From the IMG/VR virus record IMGVR_UViG_3300030107_002792: 64,000 nt of DNA. One strand, given 5' to 3'. Positions 10,001 to 22,000 of this stretch are shown here, in pieces; the stretch's first letter is position 1, and the number at the start of each line of letters is the position of its first letter. The DNA is from an uncultured virus (IMG/VR IMGVR_UViG_3300030107_002792). Taxonomy: Duplodnaviria > Heunggongvirae > Uroviricota > Caudoviricetes > Kyanoviridae. The translations under genes were made by a program, and so were the position numbers. The notes beneath the pieces were generated by a model, which was not told the DNA's origin, searched no databases, and worked only from the letters and a program-made list of their open reading frames with translations.

Positions 10001-13000
10001 AGTGTAACTGCAATTACTAAACTTTCTGATACTAGATTTGTTATAGGTGGTTATACAAATACAAACTCAACTAATCCTTTTGATGCATATATTGCTCTTA
10101 TTGATACAACAGGTAATTTTGCACTTAAGAGAAAGGTTGCAGGTACTACTACTTCAGAAAAAATTACTGGATTAGTTGTTAATGCTGGTAATGTTTATTT
10201 CTCTGTAGAGAGTGCTGCAAGTCCTAATGCTACTGCTATTGATCTTGGATTAGGTAAAGCAACAATTGGTACTAGTGCAATTAGTATTGATTATGTTAAA
10301 ACATATTCAAATACTTCATATTCATTCTTAGATTCCAGTATTTGTATTGATGAATTTAATGAAATTTATTTAACTGCAACTTGCAGACTTAAAGCAAATA
10401 ATACAACAAAGAATAGTTTCTGGGTTGGTAAAACAGATATTGATGGTAATCTTATTTGGAACTATAGGTATCAGATACCTAATGAAAGTGGCACAGAATA
10501 TGCAATTCAAGCAGTAAGTAAGACTGCAATTGATGTTTTTGGTGATCTTAACGTTGGTGTTACTTTAACAAGTGGAATTAACGGTCTTAAGACTGCAAGA
10601 TCCTTTAAGATTGGTTATAGTGGTAATCTTAAGGAACATTCATCTAATCTCTTCAATCTTAATAATGTTGAAGGTGTTACTATTAATTCGTTAGATGTTG
10701 ATAATTCTGGTGATGTTCATCTATATGGTCAATCTTCTTGGAATAGAAATGAATTCTTATTACCATTCACAGGTGGAGCAACAACAGATACAACTGGTCA
10801 TTATACTCCAACTATAGTAACTACAGGAGGTTCATTAAGTTATGAAAATACTGTCCAAGGTGGATATGCAAAAATACTCGGATCTCAACTTGCAAGTCCA
10901 ACTGTCTGGGAAAATGCTTACATTAAGTTCCCAGCTGCGGATCTTGGGACTAAACTTGGTGACGATTGGACTATAGAATTCTTCCTTTATAGGGATAGTT
11001 CAAATAGTAATGTATTCAGTCAAAATGAAGAAACTCTAATTTCTATTGGTGATGCAACAGTCACAACTGGTGGTCTTTGGTTATACTTTGAAATTAGTAC
11101 TGGTAAGATTGGATTAGCAGTTACTAATAATACTACTGCTTTAAATGCTGGAAGTGCTCAACTTAGCACAGCAACCACAATATATGCTACTAATACTTGG
11201 CAAACTATTGGATTAAAGAAAGAAGGAAATATATTTACTGTTTATAGTAATGGTATTCAAGTAATTCAATCTACAGTTCCTGATACTTCATTAGGTAGTA
11301 AAGATTTAGTTATTGGTAATATTTCTGGTAGAAGTGGAACTCTTAATAACTGGCGTTCAAATGAACAGGGTCAATACCATGTTGATAACTTACGTTTGAG
11401 AAACAGAGCAGTTACACCAACTGTTCCTAGTGATATTGGTGTTTTACCTCTTGCTGGAGCATTTTCAATTGGATATAATTGGGAAGATGATGCTTGGTTT
11501 ACTACTAACTTAAACAAGTTTGATTATATTGATTATACTGGTATTGGTATTAAAGTTGATAAGAATGCTGATGCTGCAAGAGTTGGTACTTATACAGAAA
11601 GAACTAATACTAAGTTAGGATTTATTAGAGCAGATGAAATAGGAACTACTATTACTCCTACATCACTTACTGTTGTAACAACAGGATTTGCATTAGCTGA
11701 TGCTGGATTCCAAGGTTTAGACTTTGATGATGCCACTATAACAATGGCTCAAGATACTGAGACTATGACCTATACTCAGGACGTATGGAGTTCTAGAACT
11801 GCTACTGTTCCTTCACCAGGTTCTCAGAAGTTATCTGTATCTGCTGTAGTTAAAGACAAATACTATTTCAAAGTAACTAATACTATAAAAATTGATAATG
11901 TTCAAGAACTTACTCTAAATCAGGCGTTTAATTTTACTACAGGAACAAAATTAAGACTTAATAATGATGCAGGAACCTTTGTTAATAGTGGATACATTAT
12001 CAGACAGGATACTACTAATAATAAAATATATCTTGCAATTAATAATAATGCTTGGTCTAATGATCTAAACACAGGTAACTTAGTTACAGAACAGTTTAGT
12101 GAGCAAAGCACTTATGGTATTGTTGGACCTATTCCTGCTGATGTTAATGAAATTGTAGGATATACATTTGCTCAGGTTAACAATACAACTCCTGGAACAT
12201 TTGATATTGATCTTGATGATTATAATTTAAGTGGTACTGGTTATAATGCAGGTGGTGGACAAGACCTTGATAGTTATGCTAAGTTTAAACCTTATTCTGA
12301 TAATGATTATTCAGTAAGAATTGATGAAGTTACTACTGGATCACCATATATCGTTGGTTCTGTTATTAATATTACCGATAGTAATATTTCATATAATGCT
12401 GCTTATTCTACTGCACAAATTACTGGTTTAACTGCAGTTACCAAAATTACATTAGTTGCAAATCTAACTAAGATTCTTCAAGTTAGTGCAGTATCTAATA
12501 GTGATGAAGTTTATGTAATTACTGGAACAAGTCATTACCTTTCTGCAGGTGAGATGATTTATGTTGATGGTAACCCAACAGAGAATAGTCTTGACGAGTA
12601 TGATGGTGCATTTGCTGTTAATTCTGTTGTAAGTCCATTAGAATTTACATATAAACTAAAACAGGTAGCAACTACTTCTCCTGCTACATCAGCAGGTAGC
12701 GTTAACATATTTGTTAAATCTCCTGTATTGAAGATGTATTATGGTCACCAGTACATCTTTGACATGAGTCATAGTTCATTACTTGGTGGTAACTTATCAT
12801 TCTCTAAAGATAACCTATACAAACTTGAATATTCATTCAACTCAATTGAAAGAACTGGAACTCCTGGTGTAAGTGGAGAAGGTGTTCCTACACCTATAGT
12901 TAAGTTAAAAGTTGATGATAATATTTTAACTAACATATCATACTACTTTGATCCTTCAAGAATTGGAGCAGATTCTCCAATTAATCCTTCTAGTTACCTA

Positions 13001-16000
13001 GATGTTACTAATTCTCCATATAAGGGAACATTCTCAATTAGTTCTGTTGCTGGTGCAACAATTACTCGTGGTGCTGATACATTCAAATTCCCTCTATTAG
13101 ATGAACCAGAAGGTGCTGCTGAAGTATCTCAGACAACTTATAGTACAAGTTCTGTTAAAGCAGTTGGATCTATATCTGATGTTCGTATTGTCAACTCTGG
13201 TGGATTCTACACTAGACTACCAATTGTAAGTAGTATTACTTCTACAAGACAGATTGAAAGAGTTGCTATTGAGGATCCAGGTACTGAATATGCTAATGGT
13301 GTTTATAACGCTGTTCCTATTGCTGGTAATGGTGAAGGTGGATTAGTTGAAATTACTGTTGCTGATGGATTAGACAGTGAAGGTGTAACTATTCCAGGTC
13401 AAATTCAAGCAGTTACAGTTACTTCTCCAGGTAAAAATTATACTACTGCATCAATTGATATTGAAGCAATACCTGGTATTCTTGGAGCAGGATTAACTGG
13501 TTCTGGTGCTAAATTAACTGTTGTTATTCCAAATGCAGGTACTCAGGCATCTATCTTTACTAAGGCAGATAAAGTTGGTAAGATTAAGAAACTTAAGAAT
13601 AATAACTTTGGTTATGATTATCCTCATGACTATACACTACGCCCTGAGATTTCGTTCCCAATAAACGCACAGCTTACTTCTACAAGTATTCTTTCTAGTA
13701 TTACTGTTACAAATCCAGGTTCTGGATATTCACAAGCACCTGCTGTTGTAATTACAGGTGGTGGTGGATCTGGTGCAACTGCAGAATCATCTATTAAGAA
13801 TGGTAGATTAGACATAATCATTGTTAAGGATCCAGGTGCTGGATATTCTTCTACACCAACTGTTTCACTTAAGTCTTCATTCAACTATGTTGTTAACCTT
13901 GACTTAGGTCTTTTACAGTTTGCTTTCCCACATGGTATTACAAATGGTGCTGCTGTAACTTTAAACGTAGTTGATACAGGAGATGGTGCTGATTTCCCAC
14001 TTGCTGCTGGTGCTGTTGGTCGTCTTAATGGAACTACTACTTATTATGCAATTTCTGGTGCTGCAAATTCACTAGAAAATGACCAATTAAAACTTGCTCT
14101 TACTGCAGCAAATGCTGAATTAGGTGACGCTCTTTCCTTTGTTAACGCTGGTGAAGGTCGTCAACAAGTATTAACTGAATCATTTGGTGGTTCTGCTACT
14201 GCAAACGTTATCACTTCTACTTTCTTAGAAGGAGAACTTGTTTATCAAGGTGATTCATTAGATACTGCAACTGCTACTGGATACGTTTCTACTAACCAAG
14301 GTTGGCAGATTGGACCTAGAATTCTTAAGATTGTTGATTATACTGGAACTTTCGCAGAGACACAAAAGGTTACTGGTGTTATTTCTAAGTCTTCAGGTAC
14401 TATTAGTGATTTAAATATTGCTCGTGGTGTTCTTGAAATTGGTTCTATCACTAAAACTACTGGTCAATTCATTGATGATGTTGGTAAACCATCTGAGATT
14501 ATTCAGAAGATCCAAGACTCTTACTATTATCAGGACTTCTCTTATGCTATTAAGTCTGCTGTTTCTATTAGTGAGTGGAAAGAGATTCTTATTAAGAACG
14601 TTCACCCTGCATCATTTAAGGTATTTGGTGAGTTAAATCTATCTGATTATGGATTTATTCCAAATAAAGATACAGATTTCCAACTTACTAAGTCTGTTGA
14701 ACTTGCAAGAGAAGCGATTGTTCCAAATATTCAAAGTTTTGCTCTTGTAGAACCAATTTACTCAGAATTTAATAATACAGAGGTTTTATTCCGTCAGAAG
14801 AGATTGACATCTTCTGAGAACATTTTGACTTCTGTTGTACAGAGAATTGATGATATTTCTGGTCAATTTGATGGTGAGAAGATTGCATTCCCTCTAACAG
14901 TTGATGGCAACACCGTTGTTGCTAACGCTAATCAGTTAATGATTGTTTTGAATGGTATTGTTCAGAACCCTGGAACTGCATTTGAGATTCAAGGTGATTC
15001 TATCGTCTTTAGTGAACCACCACAACCACCTGCAAGTGTTAAGTATGTTAATATTAAAATATCACAGATTGCAATTGTAAGTAATACATTTACTAACCAA
15101 AGTGGTATTTTCCCAAGTCCAGGTAATGTTTTAACTGGAACAAACTCTGGTGCTAAATTGACTGTAACTTCTGTTGTTGGTGATACTATATTTGGTTTCA
15201 TTACAGAAGGAACATTTATTGCTGCAGAAAACGTAACTGTTAGTGCAACTGGATTTAGTGCTAACTTAGATGTTCAAAGTAATGTTTCTAATATTGGATT
15301 ATTCCAGTATGGAGAACAAGTTAAGAACTTAACTAATGATACTGCTAAAGTAGAACAGATTAACCTACAAAGAGGTTTGGAAAATGCATTAGCACAATTA
15401 CGTTATACAGTTGGTCCTTCTACAACTTCAATAGAAGTAGTTCCTGATGGATCAACTACAGATGGTCCTGTTCCTGCTGGAACATTTACAACCAGTACAA
15501 GTTATCAACTTGGATCTGAAGTTGTTACTGTTACTAATATTGTTGATGGAAATGATTCAACAACTCTAACAGTTAGCAGAGGACAAAATGGAACAGTTGC
15601 TGTTTCACATCAAGAAGATTTCCCAATTTACGGAACTGTTATTGCAGTAACAGATGAACTTACTTTAAGTAAGACTGCTGGAACATATAAGTCTACTCCA
15701 GGTCTATTTGATATTCAATTAAATGATGTTATTATTGGTGCTAAATCTGGTGTTGTTGCTCGTGTTACTCAAACAAGTGCATATCAAGATCCTACAACTC
15801 AAGAATTTATAAGTCAGGTTAATATTTCTGAAGGATCATCATTCTTTGGTCTATTGATGAATAGAATTTCATCTACATCATATCCAAATATTGTTCTTGA
15901 TGATATTTCTAAATCACAAGTTAGTGTTGTTCAGTATACTGATAATACTACTGCTTTCAACTCACAGTTCCCTGCTAATGAACAACTTAATAATATCGTA

Positions 16001-19000
16001 GTTCCTTATGATAATCTAGTTGGTGGACCTATTCAAGAGAATGAAACTATTAGAAATTACAAACTTAAGTATGGTGGAAATACTGGTGAATTTATTGCTG
16101 GAGAAGGTGCGAGAGCAAGAAAACTTTCTTACATCAATCCTAAAGGTGATGGATTCTTTGCTAAAGGTCAAGTACTTAGAACTCAAGATACTAAAGCAGA
16201 AGTTCTTGGATTTAATCAGGCAGATCAGGTAATCTATCTTGGTAAAGTTGGTAGAACAAAGGCAAATGGTCAAGACTACCATATCCCATCATTCTCCAAT
16301 AGTGCTCAACTGGATACCACAGTCAAATACTATGGAACTGCTTCATTACAATTAGCAGCAGCAACTAACGATTATGTCACTATTCCTTCTTCAAGTGAAT
16401 TTGCTTTTGGAACAGGTGCATTTACTATAGATCTAATGTTGCGTCCTGCTGCATCTTCTATAAGTGGAACTGCTACTATACTTGATATGAGAGCATCTGC
16501 TGCGAATGAAGTTGCTGGTAGACTATACTTACAAGCAGGTCAAGTTCGTTGGAACGTTAATAATGCTGATATAGTTACTTCTGGTGCTACAGCTCTTACT
16601 GCAGATACTTGGGTTTATGTTTCCATTATGAAGTCTGGTACAACAACTAAGATTTTATTAAATGGAGTTGAAGCAGGTACAGCAACAGATAACACAACAT
16701 ATGTTGCAAAACCAATTAGATTAGGTTCTGATTATGCTGGTGCTAATAGTTTAACTGGATTCATTGATGAATTAAGAGTATCTAATACTAACCGTCATCA
16801 AACAATTCCATTTACTCCTCAGAATGGTATTTGGCAGGGTGATGCTAATACTAAGTTATTATTACACTTTGATGGTGCTGATGCTCAGACATGGACTGAA
16901 GATTGGTCTGGTGCAGAAGGATTTACTGCTGGTGAAGACTTTAATAATGATGCTATAATAGCTTCAACTCGTTCTTCTAATGCTACTCCTGGAGGATTTA
17001 CTGGTAATACTCAAAGATATTATGATGCTGCTGATTTAATTCTTCTTAATAAGGAATTCCTTGCTCAAGAAGTTGTTTATATTCTTAAAGAAAGACATCC
17101 TCATCACACTGTTAAGGGTAGTGAAGTTGATTGTGAAGATGATGTTCGTGATGTATTAGATGCTATTATTTCTGACCTTCGTAATGGAACAAATAATAAG
17201 ATCTGGGATGCATCTTCATACTATGTTGATAGAACATCATCTCCAATCGTATTGAAGTTTGTTTCTAATGAAGTTGATGAAGTAGTTTACACTTATGACA
17301 AACTTGAGGAAATGCTCAAGTATATTGTTAATAATACTCTTTGGGATGTTCAAGGTGATCATGGTTTAGTACAGAAGACTGATTCTACTATTACAGAAGC
17401 TAGTGGTTTAACCACACAAACCTTCCAGCCTACTGCTGCTGCATATGATGCAGAAAGTGGTTATATGGTATTGACTGCTTCTGGACATGGTATGAGAGCA
17501 GAAAGAGGAATTACTGCAACTGGTGCTGGTTATACTGCAACAACAGGTGTTTTACAATTAACCGTTGCTACTACCACATTTAGTGTATCTACTGCAACTT
17601 ATGACCATACAACTGGTGTTATGGTGATAACAATTGGTTCTCATAGTTTGACAACCAATGATAATATTAGAATTGCCACTGGTGGAATTACATTTAGTTG
17701 TAACAACGGTGGAGTTAGTACTGGTGCATATCCTCGTGCAAATGGTGCTAATACAGAGAGTGGTGCTGACTATGCATACGATAGATGGCTTCCAATCCTT
17801 GCTGTAGGTGCAACAACTATTACTGTTAATGTTAATGGTGGTAAGGGTGCTATTAGTCATGCCTTTGCACACACATATTCAACTTCTTCTGCAGGATGTA
17901 TTACTGCTGGTCATGGTCTTAATGATGGAGATAGAATCAAGTTTGATCCTAATTCTCTTGTAATGAATTGCACCTCTGATGGTAATACAGTTAATCAGAG
18001 TTATCCAAGACCTGATGATCCTGCTGCTCAAGGTTGGTTAGAAGTTACAGCAAATACTGGTACTACATTTGATGTAAACGTTGGTAAATCACCTACTGTA
18101 AATTATACAGCAAGTGCTGGAACTTATGATGCTGATACTGGTTTCTTAACCATGAATATTGGTCAGCATAACCTAAGAACTAGTAGAAAGTATACTGCAA
18201 CTAATGCTGATTACACTGCATCTTCAGGTGCAATGAAGATCACTATTGGTGATAATATTGATGTTCATGATGCAAGTTATGTTGCTAAGAATGGTTTATT
18301 AAAATTAAATATTGGTCATCACAACTTCAAACAAGGTAGTTTAGTTAAGATTGCTCCTAACTCACTATTCTTTACATGTAGTATGGATGATCATCAATCA
18401 GTTCATGCATATCCAAGATCATCTGATCCTGTTTACAATGATGATATTGAAGTTATTGATATAACTGATGATACTATTACTGTTGATGTGGGAACATCTC
18501 CAGAAGTTTCATATACACCTACTGGTGCAACTTATAACACCTCTACAGGTGACATGGTTCTTACCATTGGTGCTCATAGTTTAGCTGCTGGAACTAGTAT
18601 AAGACTTTTAGATGAATCTATAGCATTCAGTTGTAGTTTTGGTAGTGGTGGTACTAGTTCATATCCTCGTCCTACAGTAGACACTAAGAATGTTCAAACA
18701 GCATCTTATAATCCTCAAAGTGGTATATTATCCGTAACAACCACTGCTGCACATAACTTAACTGGTCCTACTGCTAAGAATGTTACTGATGCTACTTACA
18801 ATGCATCTACAGGTATTTTACAATTAGAATCTGCTGGTCATGGATTTAGTCTTGGTGATAAGATAAGAATTAAAGATGATGCTTTAGTGTTTACTTGCAC
18901 TAAAGATGGAAATGCAACAAACCATACATATCCAAGATCAACTGATCCTGTAAGTGGTCAATGGTTGACTATTGTTGCTAAAGCAACTGATACGATTGAT

Positions 19001-22000
19001 CTTCAAGTTGGTGCTTCTAAGATTGGTTTAAATGAATTTGCTCATACATGGGCTGGTGGTACTGCAAGTAATGCTATTGAAAAAGCAAATGATGTAATTA
19101 AGATTGTTGATGAGTCATTAACATTTACTTGTGCTATGGATAATAATGGCACTAACCATTTGTATCCACGTTCAACTGACCCAATTAGCGGTAGATGGTT
19201 AATTATTGAGAATGTTGCATCAACTACTTTCGATGTTCAAGTTTTAGATAACGCTCCTTCTACTAACACATCTGCTCATACATTTGTTACTGCTACAACT
19301 GGTGCTATTCAAGCTAAGAGAGACCCTGCTCAAGGAACTGCACTTCCAATTACTGCTGTAGGTGCAACAACTATTACTGTTAACGTTACCCCTGTTACTT
19401 CATATAGTTCAACAACTCATACATTCCAGTCTGCATCTCAAGGTGCTGTTAAGGTTGGTGGTGATTACACTCATAAATTTGTAGATGCTGCCTCTGGTGC
19501 TATTATTCCTAATCACGGATTCTATACTGGTGATAGAATTATGTTTGAGGAAGGATCATTAGTCTTTACTTGTGGTATGGATAGTGATGCTACTAGACAT
19601 GCATATCCAAGAGAAAGTGATCCATTCTATAATAAATGGTTGCCAATTAGTAGTGTAACTACAAATACTTTTAATGTTAATGTTGGAACAACTACTAATA
19701 CACAATTTACACCTACTGGAGGAACCTACGATGGAACCACAGGTAAATTAGGTATTACTATTGGTGCTCACACACTTGAAGTTGGTCAACATATTAAGAT
19801 TGCTACTGGTGGAATTTCATTCACTTGTGCAATGGATGGTGGTACTGCTGTTAAGGCATATCCTCGTGCAACTGATCCAGCAGACGGTGTTACTCTTCCA
19901 ATTCTTGAAAGAACTGATACTACTATTACTGTTGATGTTGGTCAATCACCTTATGTTTACTTTGATGTTTCTGCTGCTACCTACAACCCAACATCGGGTG
20001 TCATGGTACTTACAATTGGAGATCATGGATTAACTGCTAATACAAGTATTAGACTTAAAGATAATTCATTAACCTTTAGTTGTGATAATGGTGGTGTTGG
20101 AACTGGAACTTATCCTAGATCAAGTAATGACTACGTTTATCAGAAAGCAATTAATATTGATTCTGTAACTGATACTACAATCACAATTAATGTTAATGGT
20201 GGTCAAGGTGCTATTACTAACACCAATGCTCATACATTTGTAAGTGCTTTACCTGGAGCAGTTATTGCTGGTGGTGCTTGGGCTCATACTTATTCAACTG
20301 CTGCATCAAATGCAATTTCAGTTGGTGGTAACTATACTCATAACTTTAAATCTGCAACTCCTGGTGGCATAGTAAGAGCTGGTGAGACTATTAGAATTGC
20401 TAAAGATGGTATTTCATTCAAGTGTTCACAAGATGGATATCAAACAATTCATTCATATCCTAGAACAGATGATCCTGGATATAACACTTCTCTACCAATC
20501 TATAATGATGGAACATCTTATACTGCATCTAATGCAGCATATAATGCATCGACTGGAGAGATGGTTATCACTATTAATTCACATGGATTTACAACCAGTG
20601 ATCAAATTAGAATCGAAAATAATTCACTAACATTTACTTGTGTTAAGGATAGTAATACATCTATCCATAGTTATCCTAGAGATAACGATCCTTATGTTCG
20701 TAGATGGTTGAGAGTTAGTGCTGTTACTGAAAATACATTCACTGTAAATGTAGGTAAGGCATCATCCTCAACACAACAGTACGCACACACATTTGCTAGT
20801 GCTGCTAAGAATGGTATTACCAAACGTGATAATACTGTTACAGTTAACGTTGGTGCTACTCCAACTAAGAGTTTCACACCGACTGCATCAACTTATAATC
20901 CTTCAACTGGTGCTTTAGCATTAACTATTGGATCACATAGTCTACCAGCTCCAACCACACATACACCAACTGATGTTGCATATAATCCAACAACAGGTAT
21001 TATGACTCTTACTATTAATGGTCATAACTTCTCTAATGGTGAAAAGGTTAAGATTGCTGATGGTGGATTGAAATTAAGTTGTGCATTTGGTGGTGCTTCA
21101 GGTGGTGCTGCACAGAAAGATTACCCACGTTCAACTGACCCAATTAGCGGTAAGTGGATTCCTATTTCTGGTGTAACTACAAATACATTTGATGTTCAAG
21201 TTCTAGATGTAATTCCTTCTACAAATACTGACACTCATTCATTCGTATCTGCTGTTACTGGATGTGTAAGTAAAGCAAATTCAACAGTTAAGATTGCTGA
21301 GAATTCACTAGTTTATAAGTGTGCTGAAGATAGTAATGCTACTGAACATGCTTATCCAAGAAGCAACGTTGCTACTCATACAGCAGGACCAGGAACAAAT
21401 TATAATCCTGTTACAGGTGTTCTAAAACTTAGTGTTCCTACAGAAAGTCATACACCTTCCACAGCAACATATAACCCAACAACGGGTGATATGGTTCTAA
21501 CTCTAGATTCAACTTCTGGAACATTTAATGTTTCTAATGCAACTTATAACACCTCTACAGGTGATATGGTACTTACTATTGGATCTCATAGTTTAACCAC
21601 ATCAAATAGAATTAAACTTAAAGAAGGATCTTTGAAGTTTGCATGTAACTTTGCTAATGATAATTATCAGACTGCAAAAGCATATCCAAGAGCTTCAGGT
21701 GCTAATACTACTAATGGTGCTGACTATGCATATAATACATTCTTACCAATTACCGCAGCTGATGCTACAACTATTACTGTCAATGTTAATGGTGGTCAAG
21801 GTGCTATCAGTAACAATAATCAGCATAACTTCTTAACTGCTGATGCTGGTGCAGTTATTGTTGGTCATGGACTAGAAGTTGGTGATAGAATTAAGATTGC
21901 TGATGAATCATTAACCTTTAGTTGTGATAATGGTGGTGTTGGAAATGGTTCATATCCTAGATCATCTAATGACTATGTTTATCGTAAGTGGATTAGAATT